53,836 bases of DNA from Candidatus Proteinoplasmatales archaeon SG8-5 (GTDB taxonomy: Archaea > Thermoplasmatota > Thermoplasmata > SG8-5): contig LSSH01000059.1 in NCBI GenBank assembly GCA_001595885.1, forward strand, positions 1 through 53,836. Direction: 5' to 3'. The position numbers were made by a program, and so were the translations under genes. Each line of letters begins with the position of its first letter. Within the stretch, counting starts at the first letter, position 1. The notes under the pieces are model-generated. The model had not been told where the DNA came from. It worked only from the letters and a program-made list of their open reading frames with translations, and did not search any database. This document shows, piece by piece, positions 10,198 to 19,868 of the stretch.

Positions 10198-10563
10198 TCA
10201 CTTCTTGAGGGCGCCAAGTTTGCTAGCCAATTCGTCCATGAGGGATTTGCCCTTGCCGGCGTCCATGATGGCGACCGAGGCGGTGGGCTTCTCGAGGCCG
10301 CATGCCACTCCGAGCTCCTGCTTGCTGGGCACGTAGCCGTATGATATGCCCTTCTCCTCGCAGAGGAGAGGCATGTGTGCGAGTATCTCCTCCGGCTGGA
10401 CGTCCTCCGACATGATTACGAACTTGGCGTTGCCCCGCTCAACGAGCTTGGTAACTTCGTTCGTGCCTTTCCTAACCTTGCCTGTGTCACGTGCGAACTC
10501 CACGAGCTGATAGACCTTGTCCACAAGCTCCTTGGGGGTCTCAAACCTTACATACATGGCCAT
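10198..10563 (-). CDS. rpl7ae: 50S ribosomal protein L7Ae
   Basis: [38 protein letters not shown]. Confidence 0.97.
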   Translation of the reverse strand: MAMYVRFETPKELVDKVYQLVEFARDTGKVRKGTNEVTKLVERGNAKFVIMSEDVQPEEILAHMPLLCEEKGISYGYVPSKQELGVACGLEKPTASVAIMDAGKGKSLMDELASKLGALKK

Positions 10564-10630
10564 TGTCTAACCTCCTTCCAACGGACGCCGTGGCATCCGC
10601 CTTCATCAATCACGGGCTCTAAAAGAGCAT
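10564..10630 (-). promoter_or_regulatory. Structured rpl7ae 5' leader with K-loop-like motif
   Basis: Minus strand reads GCC-CGU-GA-UUGAU-GA-A-GGC, then hairpin CGGAUGC-CACG-GCGUCCG, then GGAGG; TATA-like ATTTATA at 10650-10656. Confidence 0.5.
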
Positions 10631-10694
10631 CGCAACAAAGAGGGTGTGGTATAAATGGCTTTCGCTATAGGCGGTTTGAATTGTTGGGTGGTTC

Positions 10695-11393
10695 TCAGAA
10701 GTTAAAGCGTTCCTTGAAGAGGCGGAACCATATCTTGGTGCCATCCTGCAATGCCCGAAGCTTGTTCATTGTTTTGCGTTGGTCGTAGGATATATTCACC
10801 TCGCCGACCCTGAAGCCGGATTTGATGCACTTGGCATACATCTCCGCCTCGATCTCGAAGTTGTGCGATTCGAGGTCTAGCGCGTTGACGACTTCCTCGG
10901 TGAATCCCCACATGCCCGTACATATGTCGGAGACCTTGTGTCCGTTCGGAAAGAGCACGTTTGCGGTCTGTGTCAGTGCCAGGTTCCCGAAGTAATTGAT
11001 CCTGGACATCGCCCCGGGGCTCATATAGCCCTTAAGGCGCGATCCCATCATTACGTCGTATCTCCTGGATTCCAGGTACGGGAGCATTGCAAGGATCTCT
11101 GTCGGGTCATAGGTGTCGTCGGCGTCAAGCATGAACAGGTATTGGCCGTCGAAGTTCTCGAATGCCGTCTTGAGGGCATTTCCCTTCCCTCTGCCTCGCT
11201 GTTTTAGCAATTTGGCTCCCATGGACTGGGCAATCTCGCAGGTCATGTCCTTGCTGTGTCCGTCCACGACCACGACATTGACGTCGTAACCGCGTTCCTG
11301 CAATTGCTGCCTTGGGACCTTGCTAATGACTTGGCCTATGGTCTCGGCCTCATCAAGCGCTGGCAAGAGTATTGATATCATTTCATCACTCAT
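10695..11393 (-). CDS. GT2 glycosyltransferase (DPM1/AglJ-like)
   Basis: ISILLPALDE, VVVDGHSKD, GKGNAL, DAD motif, FEIEAEM; start may be 11405. Confidence 0.88.
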   Translation of the reverse strand: MSDEMISILLPALDEAETIGQVISKVPRQQLQERGYDVNVVVVDGHSKDMTCEIAQSMGAKLLKQRGRGKGNALKTAFENFDGQYLFMLDADDTYDPTEILAMLPYLESRRYDVMMGSRLKGYMSPGAMSRINYFGNLALTQTANVLFPNGHKVSDICTGMWGFTEEVVNALDLESHNFEIEAEMYAKCIKSGFRVGEVNISYDQRKTMNKLRALQDGTKIWFRLFKERFNF

Positions 11394-11626
11394 AGCGCAT
11401 CCCATCTACCAGTTATGATTTCTATTATTTAAAGGTATCTATAATATATGCTGGCAAGTGGCCTCTGGGGATTTCATATTTAAAGAAGGCGCCCTTTTTT
11501 CGATGGTTCACAATCGAGGGGTTTCCGTCTTAACTTGGTTACGAGATGATGGTTCTTCTCAGATAGTCAGAACCGTGGATTTTCAATGATAATCTTTATA
11601 TGGAAGTTCCAGCCTCAATGACATCC

Positions 11627-12559
11627 ATGATTACCAGGTCCGTCGTGATCAATGAGGTCAGGGACATCCTTATTAAGGCTGGGTTTGCCACCTCCGATCC
11701 CGAGGAGATAGTTCATGCCAGTTTCGACCTAGTGGCCAGAAGGGATGCGCTGATCCTCGTAATCAAGATAGTGCTGAATGCAGATTCGGTCAGCGAGAAG
11801 GCGGTGTCCGGCATGATGACGCTGGCAAAGGCCGTGAACGGGTCGCCCCTCATCATCGCACTGAGGTCTGGCAAAGCGGGCATCGAGGACGGGGTGATGT
11901 ATACGCGGGTCAACATCCCCCTGATATCCCTCCAGACCTTGAATGACCTGTTCATCGAGGGGATTCCGCCTATGGTGTACGCCGGCAGCGGGGGTTTTTA
12001 TGTAAAGGTGGATTCGGACATAATAAAGGAGGCCAGGAAACGCGGAATATCGTTGGGTGAACTGGCCGAAGTGAGCGGCGTACGGAGGAGGACCATCCAG
12101 ATGTACGAAGAAGGCATGGGCGCCAAGCTTGAGGTGGCTTTGCGGCTGGAGGAGCGGCTGGGAGTCGAGTTAATCCTGCCGGTGGACCCATTATCATCCC
12201 CTGAGTTCCCTGTGACGGAGAGCGGCGACAGACCAAAGGGCCTGGCGAGAGAGGTTTACGGCGACCTCGGCAGAATAGGCTATTCGGTCGAGCTGGCTCG
12301 CAGATGCCCCTACGACGCCCTCGCCCACGATAAGAAGGTGCTGATGTTCACCGGGATCGACCAGCAGAAACCAGATATCAAAAAGAGGGCGAAGGCCATG
12401 ACGAACCTGTCAAGGGTCCTCGAGAAGCACTCGGTGATCTTCGTTGACAGGATGGGGGAGAAGGTGAACCTGGAGGGCGCCCCGTTAATAGGCAGCAGGG
12501 AACTGAAGGAGATAGATGACAAGAAACGCGTAATCGAGCTCATAGAGGAGCGTGGCTGA
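11627..12559 (+). CDS. Archaeal Cro/C1 HTH transcriptional regulator (MJ1164-like)
   Basis: FDLVARR, GGFYVKVD, HTH ISLGELAEVSGVRRRTIQMYEEG; probable leaderless start about 26 nt after TTTATAT. Confidence 0.82.
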   Translation: MITRSVVINEVRDILIKAGFATSDPEEIVHASFDLVARRDALILVIKIVLNADSVSEKAVSGMMTLAKAVNGSPLIIALRSGKAGIEDGVMYTRVNIPLISLQTLNDLFIEGIPPMVYAGSGGFYVKVDSDIIKEARKRGISLGELAEVSGVRRRTIQMYEEGMGAKLEVALRLEERLGVELILPVDPLSSPEFPVTESGDRPKGLAREVYGDLGRIGYSVELARRCPYDALAHDKKVLMFTGIDQQKPDIKKRAKAMTNLSRVLEKHSVIFVDRMGEKVNLEGAPLIGSRELKEIDDKKRVIELIEERG

Positions 12560-13188
12560 TGTCGTCCGTTTTGATAATCGGAGCCGTCCGCGGCCTTGTA
12601 TCCGAGGGGGAGAGGGTCTATGATATCATTATGCAGAACCGGCCAGACGTGGTTGGCCTGGCAATCTCCGAGGAGGGGTTAGACGCAATGAAGGAGCATC
12701 TCGACTCGACAGGCGGCAAGAACGCTGAACTTGAGAACCTGGAGGAGGTGATATACGTGGCGGGCCTGGAGGCCTTCGGTGAGGTCAGGAAGCCTCCTCC
12801 GTGTTTCTCTAAGGCCTGGACCGCCGCCAAGAACCTGACAATAACGGCAGAGCCCCTGGACCTGAACGACGAGCAATACACGAACGCCAACTGCCGCAAC
12901 ATATCGACGCTGGAGATGATGACCCAGGGCAGAGGCCAGCGCAGAATCGTCAAGCACCAGTTCCAGGCCACGAGCGCGCAGGAATTCGTCCTTGAGTTCG
13001 ATGCTGTGGTCAACCGCCAGAAGGGATACCGGAAGCTGGAGGCGGAGAGGGAAGAGTTCATGGCCCTGAGGATCAAGAAACTTACCCAGGACAACCAGAA
13101 GGTCATGGCCGTAATCGAGCTCGAGAGGCTGGAAGGGGTAATGAAGGCACTTGATGTGATTGGTGTTTCGTATTCGATGCCTTCCTAA
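12559..13188 (+). CDS. Hypothetical protein, weakly TraB/PrgY-like
   Basis: TGATG coupling to the regulator; RPDVVGL and EREEFMA..I....KVMAVI resemble TraB blocks. Confidence 0.55.
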   Translation: MSSVLIIGAVRGLVSEGERVYDIIMQNRPDVVGLAISEEGLDAMKEHLDSTGGKNAELENLEEVIYVAGLEAFGEVRKPPPCFSKAWTAAKNLTITAEPLDLNDEQYTNANCRNISTLEMMTQGRGQRRIVKHQFQATSAQEFVLEFDAVVNRQKGYRKLEAEREEFMALRIKKLTQDNQKVMAVIELERLEGVMKALDVIGVSYSMPS

Positions 13189-13235
13189 CTTACGTACAAC
13201 GAAAGCCTTTTATGGATATCGCGGTAATGGGCCAA

Positions 13236-13544
13236 GGCTAGGCTAACCGGGGGGGTCGGCGTCCCCTTATACACCGAAATCGTCGTTAGCGGGGGTGACG
13301 GCCGAGTGCGGCGTAACTGGCCTGTTGGCGGTCCTTATCACGACGATGAGGTTCTGTCCCATGGGGCTGGAGGTGACATTCGCGTGCAGCCGGAGGGCGG
13401 CACGGCTTGTCTTGGTTACGGGGATCGGGTCAGGCCCTGACGGGAGCAGCCTTACCGTTTACTACCAACGCTCATGGGGTTGCGGGACCGAGAAGGGGTA
13501 AGACTCCCGCCAGGAGGTGCAGGCGACAAGCTCGGTGCCTAGCA
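13236..13544 (+). ncRNA. ffs: Archaeal SRP RNA (7S)
   Basis: 5' GCTAGGC pairs with 3' GCCTAGC; Alu-like GGGGGGTCGGCGTCCCC; helix 8 CAGGCCC-TGAC-GGGAGCAG; about 309 nt; TTTTAT about 25 nt upstream. Confidence 0.92.
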
Positions 13545-13711
13545 CAATGCATTTTACTAACACAGGCACAGAGCTTGGGACCTGTCGCAGTATTATCCGT
13601 CAAAGATAATCGACAAATCTGTAAGTGCGAAATGAGACCCATCGAACTAGAAACATATTTCCCAATATGTTCGGGTTTGATACTTTGAAAGGCCAGCCTC
13701 AACTCAATATC

Positions 13712-14629
13712 TCAGCCCGACCAGCAGGAAACGTGCAATAATGTGCCTTCCTCGTCCTGGCCCTGCAGTATCATGCGTGTTGAAGTGCTTTGGAGAACAT
13801 ATCCCCTTTCCAGGAAGAATTCCAGGCTGGGTCTTGCGGCCGCGTAGGTCCGAAGGAAGATGCCGTTCTTGGATCGCTCGAGGGCGGCGTTCTCGCATTG
13901 GTCCAGAAGGGCGGACGCAGAACTCACATCTCCGGCGACCATGAGTTTCACGACGGCGTTGGGGCTGTTATCGAACATCTCATACGTGTGAACGATGGCG
14001 TGTGAACTTTGTACGTCGGATTCGTAAAGAAGGTGTTTGCCCAGATTGTGTTCTGCGGTCGCCCGGATTTCGGTCGAGTAATCAAGCCCGGGGATGATGC
14101 TGTTCCACATCTGTTTGGAGACGGGGAGATCCTCTTTCTGTTCAGTCTCAATGACTTGCGTGATGGCTTCGGTGGGTTCGTGCAACCTCTTGAACAGTAC
14201 ATAAGAAAGGTGCTTGGGCATGAACCCGAGCTTCGCGTACATGGTGATGTTCTTATGGCTGCTGGACATCGTCTCAAGGCCTATGGTCTCACAACCCCTT
14301 GATTTCAGATGATTAACAGACCTGGTGACCAGCTCTTTACCTATTCCGCGGTTCTGGTGTTCTGTGGCCACCTCCACCGGCCCGAACCAACCTACAGAAC
14401 CCCATACGTGCGAGAAGATGCATCCGACCAGCTGTCCATCGACCTCCGCAACAAAACAGCCTTCCTGCTCTTTGGCCATATAGTATCGCAGATTCTTCTC
14501 GGTGCGGTACAACAGAGGGACCTGTAACCCCCTCTCCGCCAGAAAGTAATCCTGCCAGACCTTTGCCTGCAGCTCCGAGACCTCTTTCAGGTCGCTAATA
14601 GTCAGAATCCTGAGTTCGGGGGCGGCCAT
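13712..14629 (-). CDS. GNAT family acetyltransferase (two-domain)
   Basis: FGPVEV..EHQNRGIGKELV acetyl-CoA motif, MYAKLGF; ATG 14629 after GGGGGA. Confidence 0.85.
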   Translation of the reverse strand: MAAPELRILTISDLKEVSELQAKVWQDYFLAERGLQVPLLYRTEKNLRYYMAKEQEGCFVAEVDGQLVGCIFSHVWGSVGWFGPVEVATEHQNRGIGKELVTRSVNHLKSRGCETIGLETMSSSHKNITMYAKLGFMPKHLSYVLFKRLHEPTEAITQVIETEQKEDLPVSKQMWNSIIPGLDYSTEIRATAEHNLGKHLLYESDVQSSHAIVHTYEMFDNSPNAVVKLMVAGDVSSASALLDQCENAALERSKNGIFLRTYAAARPSLEFFLERGYVLQSTSTRMILQGQDEEGTLLHVSCWSG

Positions 14630-14643
14630 GGTGTCCCCCGCAA

Positions 14644-14778
14644 TCACTCGTCGTTTCCATAGTTGGAACAATAGTCGCAGATGTTCTCCAGCGTGGGTTG
14701 TGATGTCATTCCCTGTTTGCCCACCCAGCGGTCACACCTGCCGTGTTGCGCAGGCACCAATCCCAATTTACAGGCCAT
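14644..14778 (-). CDS. 44-aa four-Cys microprotein (not in ORF track)
   Basis: MACKLGLVPAQHGRCDRWVGKQGMTSQPTLENICDYCSNYGNDE*; GGTGA SD; TATA-like box upstream; ends 14 nt before the GNAT start. Confidence 0.6.
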   Translation of the reverse strand: MACKLGLVPAQHGRCDRWVGKQGMTSQPTLENICDYCSNYGNDE

Positions 14779-14931
14779 TGCCGTTCACCAGCTTCGGATT
14801 GAAGGGCTATTATATCAATTTTGGCCTGTTTTCTATTTTCATGGGAAATGACTAAATATAGAAAGATTTATATTATAAACTATAATCCAATGCCAGAATT
14901 AATGGCTGAGTTGTTAATGGAAAGGGGGTGT

Positions 14932-16207
14932 TTGAACCAGATATAAAACCACCGTCGGAACCATCGCTGTTCTTATTGTAATATTCTCGATTATATTCGT
15001 CAGCTCGGCTCCCGCGTCCGCCCAGACCTCGACGCCGCTTACCGTCAGAGAACGGTACGAGGCCATGGCCTTCGGTGCCGGACATCTGGTAATACCAATG
15101 GACGAGAAGCAGAACGACACCATATTAGCTTTCGGCGTCATCCATGCTCTGCTGAGGAACGGGACCATCTGCTACAGGCTCATCGGACCGCCTGCCCATA
15201 ATATCAAGACCCTTGACTATCCGGACGGCGTCAATTACTCTGGCGGACCCGTCGTGATAATGGACGTGAATGTCACTGTACTGAACGGCATCCAAGAGGT
15301 CTTTCCGAGCGTGACCGTCCATAATATCACCGGGACATTTGTGTCCAGGACCGTGTACAAGATCGATCGGCCTACTAGGATCCTGTTGCTGGCCAGAGAA
15401 GGGGCTGCGTTCCAGCACAGCCTATCAAAGATACTCCTGGACCAGATGCACATCCCCTATTCTGTTAAAATCATCTGGGCCTTAGAACCCACGGTGGACC
15501 TTTTCGAGAACGACCTGATAATTATTGAGGACCCGGGCGCGAAGGGCCTGTACTTCACAGGGAAGGGACACATCAAGAATGCGGTCGCCAATGGCCATAA
15601 CTTCGTGTTCATCGGTGATGCCATTAAGGATTTGACCGGGGTGTTCCCGCTACTGGTAACTGTGAAGGAAGGCGAGAGGGGCGAAGCCTACACCGCGACA
15701 TATTATCACACGGGCGAGTCGATATCCCAATATAGCGGGCCCGAACAATTATACGTTACAACCAGCAGGACCGTGGCAATAACGCCTACAAACCCGGGCT
15801 TCCAAACCATGCTGTATGCGCAGAGCGGAGATTCCCAGATCATATTCTCAGGGTATTACAGGTACGGAAAGGGCACTGTGGAGTTATTCTCGTTCGAGCC
15901 GGACGAGCAAGTAGGCGACATGTACACCCTGGCATGCATATTCTACGGTAACAGGTTCGTCCAGGCAGCTCCTGAGCCGCTCCCGCCGCCTTTGCCCTTG
16001 GTTTCCGGCGGAGTGCCCCTGCCCACGGGCACTGTCCCTCCACCGCCTCCGCCTCCGCCACCGCCGCCGCCGTCGATACCGATGGCGACGACCATTCCCG
16101 CGCAGTACCTGTTCGCAGGCTTCGCGGGCGTGGCCCTGGGCGACAGGCTCAGGTCAAGGGTGAGGCCGAAGATCGCAATCAGACATAAGATCAAGATCAG
16201 TACATGA
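14932..16207 (+). CDS. Secreted/surface protein with poly-Pro stalk and C-terminal hydrophobic anchor; 5' end frameshifted
   Basis: Main ORF 15065-16207; the in-frame upstream signal peptide RYKTTVGTIAVLIVIFSIIFVSSAPASA-Q is out of frame with TTG 14932. Confidence 0.65.
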
Positions 16208-16216
16208 GGTTGGACC

Positions 16217-17227
16217 ATGAAGACGCTCAGCATCGCTTTCATCACTTGGCTCGTCGTTCTCGGTGCATTATCATTACCACTAAATCAGTCTTCTAACGCC
16301 CAGCAGACCATCGGCTGGCAATATGAAACGTTCGGCGAGAACCTGGAGATGACTATCACGCCAGAGATTCCCACCACAGAAGACCCGATCATGGTGGAGG
16401 TGGTCTCAATTTTCCCGGACGTATACGTTCAGGTGGCCAACTTCTACGCACGAGTAACGCCCAACAACGGCCATGAGTTCCAGTTCCAGACTATCTTCCA
16501 GCGATGGAACAACTCCGCTATGAGGGTGTCCGTGGGCCCCTTCCCGTACAACGGATATACCATCTCCATGTATGTCATCGCATACGACTGGTTGAACATA
16601 CCGATGGACTCGCGAGACACGTTCAACTACATCGAGTTCGAGGTGGGGGGCAGCGGCTGGAAGCACGATACGTTCGACGCCAACGTGGAGGTCGAATATT
16701 CCCCCATGACGGTCAATGCGACAGAGGAGGTGACGGTGACAATCTCTTCCAAGGACAACATCACCTTCGGGGGGGCAAACCTCTGGTGGACTTACGAGAC
16801 TCCCGAGGGAGACCTCATCGAGGGGGTGGGGGAAAACTTCACCAAGGTCAATCCCGAGGTCACTGTCATGAAGCAGACCATACCCGGTTATCCGCCCGGC
16901 ACCAACCTGACGTTCTGGGTCGTTGCCTGGGACACCTACAATGAGGTAATGGTATCCAAGGAGTACAACTATAGTGTGCTGGGCCTGGTCCAATACACGG
17001 ATTTCCCCTTCATCTACACTGATGACGATGACCGCTCCGAGTGGGAGCCAGACTTCTCGATATTGGCACCCATGGTAATTCTGTGTGCCGTGGGCGTTCC
17101 CCTTTACCTGTACCTTTACGTCTTGACCAGGAAAAGGGAGGGAAGGCGCGAAACCCTGGTTATGTCCAATGACAGTCAGGCTGCTGCCCCTGAAGAAAAA
17201 GAGGAGGGTGATGAAGATGGAGACTAG
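16217..17227 (+). CDS. Membrane-anchored protein with two Ig-like beta repeats
   Basis: Signal peptide; two similar modules (GPFP...TI.MYVIAYD and IPGYP.GTNL.FWVVAWD); C-terminal TM and acidic tail. Confidence 0.75.
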   Translation: MKTLSIAFITWLVVLGALSLPLNQSSNAQQTIGWQYETFGENLEMTITPEIPTTEDPIMVEVVSIFPDVYVQVANFYARVTPNNGHEFQFQTIFQRWNNSAMRVSVGPFPYNGYTISMYVIAYDWLNIPMDSRDTFNYIEFEVGGSGWKHDTFDANVEVEYSPMTVNATEEVTVTISSKDNITFGGANLWWTYETPEGDLIEGVGENFTKVNPEVTVMKQTIPGYPPGTNLTFWVVAWDTYNEVMVSKEYNYSVLGLVQYTDFPFIYTDDDDRSEWEPDFSILAPMVILCAVGVPLYLYLYVLTRKREGRRETLVMSNDSQAAAPEEKEEGDEDGD

Positions 17228-19868
17228 CCTCCGAACCAACATCGGAAGCATTAACAAGTACTTCATCGAAACGGTCGAAGAAGAGCGCCGTTATCCGAAG
17301 TTACTGACGCCGTTAATGTTCTTCATACTGGCCACGGTGGGGCTGGTCTGGATACCCTTTTACCCCGCCTGGATGGCCCTGATATTGGCCGTTGTCGTGG
17401 GCCTGATATCGTTCAGGTTCCCGTTCCTTTCCATTATCGTGCTCAGTGTTTTTATAACGGCTGCGGCCGCGTATCAGACCCCGGAGTTCGGCCTCTTCAT
17501 GCTGCTTTTCCTGCTCGTCGTATTGATAATATCGCTGTTCGAGTGGAGGCTCGGATACCTGGTCCTGCTCACCATTTCCCTTTCACGGTTCGGCCTATCA
17601 CTGGCCGTGCCGTTGATCGCCGCGGCATTGCTGCCGGTATTGGTGTCCATCACCGCTGTTGTCCTTTCAGGTGCGTTTCTGTGGTTCCTAGTGACCTGCG
17701 GGAACCTTAACTCGATCGGCATGTTCGTCGGCTCTGCGCACACCAGCAGCTTCATGGTTTTCTATGAGCCCGTTGCCGGCAACTTCGCACCCTCAGACGT
17801 CGGTATTGTACTGATGAACATACAGAATGCCGACCTGGACGCAATGGCTCAGGTCGTCGGCGACAACTTCGGCACCTCAGTTGTCCCGCTGTTGCAGATC
17901 ATACTTTGGGGCCTGGCCGTCTATCTCGTGTTCAGGTTCTACAACCGCGACTCGGTGGGCACGGACTATCCCGCAGTGATGGCGTTCGTGCCTTCTGCGA
18001 TCGTGTCCGCGTCCTTCTTGGGCGCTTACATTTTCGAGCTGGATTATGGCACGGGCGGCCTGATGGCGGGAGCGCTCCTGTTCGGCGTGGTGTTCGTTTC
18101 CATAATCATTGCCAGGGTGGCGAAGGAGTTCTTCGCCCCCTACTTTGCGAGTCTGGAGATCGAGACTGGCGTTGGCACCCGCATCTCTGACATGGAAGAC
18201 CTAGGTGAGACGAGCTTCGAGCTGATAGGGGGGCTGGAGGACGTCAAGGAGGACGTGAAGGAATCGATAGTGGTCCCGCTTCTGATGAGCGATGTCGCCG
18301 AAAGATACGGCATTGAACCTCCCAAGGGAATCCTTCTGTTCGGCCCTCCCGGTTGCGGAAAGACGTTGCTCATGAAGGCGCTGGCCAACGAGCTTAATGT
18401 CGAGATGTTGACCGTGAAATGCTCGGATATCATGTCAAAATGGTACGGGGAGAGCGAGGGCAAGGTCGCCGAGTTGTTCAGAGTGGCGAAGGAAAGGAGG
18501 CCATGCATCATATTCTTCGACGACCTCGAGGCCATGGCGAAGCACAGGGACCTCTATGCCGGCGATGACGTCACACCGAGGCTTCTGAGCATCATTCTTG
18601 CTGAGTTGGACGGCATGGACCGCTCATCCGGCATCATCCTGGTCGGGACCACAAACAAACCAGAGATGATCGACCCCGCGCTGTTGAGGCCGGGAAGGTT
18701 CGACAAGGTCATCTACGTTCCGCCGCCGGACATACAGGAGAGGATCGCCATCCTGAAGGTCCACCTTGCCAGCAGGCCCCTGGCGAGGAACATAAATCTA
18801 AAACTCATAGCAGCCAAATGCGAGAGGTTCTCCGGCGCAGACCTGGCAAACCTGGCACGGGAAGGGGCGACATTGGCCATGAAACGGGCGCTTCAGACTC
18901 AGAAGGACACGGTAATAACCAACGAGGACCTGAACAAGGTCGCGGTGACGATAAGGCCGAGCATCACCCTGGCCATGCTCGAGAACTACGAGCTCCTGAA
19001 GCTGGATTTCGAAAGGAAGATGCATCATGTTCGCCGCGAGGACCGGCGATTCGCCGTCGGCTGGGGAGACGTGGGCGGCATGGACCGCCTGAAGAAGGAC
19101 ATCAAGGATTACATCGAGCTGTTGATCAAGGAGCCGAAGGTGCTCGAGGACTTCAGGTTGAAGACGGGGCGGGGCATGCTCCTGTTCGGTCCCCCGGGAT
19201 GCGGAAAGAAGCACGTCATGCGGGCGGCCGCCAATGACCTGGGCGTGCCCATCCAGGAGCTCAGTGCGGCTGAACTCGTTGGCGGTGCTACAGACACCGG
19301 TCAGACCATAAAAGAGATATTCTACAGGGCGAGGGAGAGCACGCCGTCCGTCATTCTCATTTCCGAGATCGACGTTATCGGTTCCAGGGAGGCGATCGAG
19401 GACAAGGGCGCCGGCCAGGCCATTTCCCAGATACTCGCCGAGATAGATGACGTGGAGGCGAGGGAGCATATTTTGGTCATCGCAACGACGAATCGGCCGC
19501 AGGTGCTGCACCCCAGCTTGTTGAGGCCCGGCCGCTTTGACAAGATGTTCCACGTGCCCCCTCCGGACAAGAAGGCGAGGGCCAAGATATTCGGCATATA
19601 CCTGAGGAACATCCCCAGGAACAAGGATGTGGACGCGTCGTTCCTGGCTGCCCTGGCCGAGAAGACCGACGGCTTCAGCAGCGCCGACATCGCGGCGATA
19701 GTGGATGAGGCGAAGCTCATGGCCGTGATCAATTGTCAGGATGCTTCGACCCGTGCCGTTTCGCGCAACGACCTGCTGAACGCCCTGAATAGGGTAGAGG
19801 GGTCGATATCGCCTGAGGACCTTGACTCCTCCGCCAACTTCATGAAGACCTACAAGGTGAGGGATTGA
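17217..19868 (+). CDS. Polytopic membrane-bound tandem AAA+ ATPase (CDC48-like D1/D2)
   Basis: About 10 N-terminal TM helices; GPPGCGKT, SKWYGESE, LLRPGRFD, FSGADL; second module GPPGCGKK and LLRPGRFD; start after GGAGGGTGA. Confidence 0.9.
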   Translation: METSLRTNIGSINKYFIETVEEERRYPKLLTPLMFFILATVGLVWIPFYPAWMALILAVVVGLISFRFPFLSIIVLSVFITAAAAYQTPEFGLFMLLFLLVVLIISLFEWRLGYLVLLTISLSRFGLSLAVPLIAAALLPVLVSITAVVLSGAFLWFLVTCGNLNSIGMFVGSAHTSSFMVFYEPVAGNFAPSDVGIVLMNIQNADLDAMAQVVGDNFGTSVVPLLQIILWGLAVYLVFRFYNRDSVGTDYPAVMAFVPSAIVSASFLGAYIFELDYGTGGLMAGALLFGVVFVSIIIARVAKEFFAPYFASLEIETGVGTRISDMEDLGETSFELIGGLEDVKEDVKESIVVPLLMSDVAERYGIEPPKGILLFGPPGCGKTLLMKALANELNVEMLTVKCSDIMSKWYGESEGKVAELFRVAKERRPCIIFFDDLEAMAKHRDLYAGDDVTPRLLSIILAELDGMDRSSGIILVGTTNKPEMIDPALLRPGRFDKVIYVPPPDIQERIAILKVHLASRPLARNINLKLIAAKCERFSGADLANLAREGATLAMKRALQTQKDTVITNEDLNKVAVTIRPSITLAMLENYELLKLDFERKMHHVRREDRRFAVGWGDVGGMDRLKKDIKDYIELLIKEPKVLEDFRLKTGRGMLLFGPPGCGKKHVMRAAANDLGVPIQELSAAELVGGATDTGQTIKEIFYRARESTPSVILISEIDVIGSREAIEDKGAGQAISQILAEIDDVEAREHILVIATTNRPQVLHPSLLRPGRFDKMFHVPPPDKKARAKIFGIYLRNIPRNKDVDASFLAALAEKTDGFSSADIAAIVDEAKLMAVINCQDASTRAVSRNDLLNALNRVEGSISPEDLDSSANFMKTYKVRD

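Noticed and set aside
13295..13702. ORFs overlapping and following the SRP RNA
   Set aside because: Explained by the structured RNA; no protein motifs
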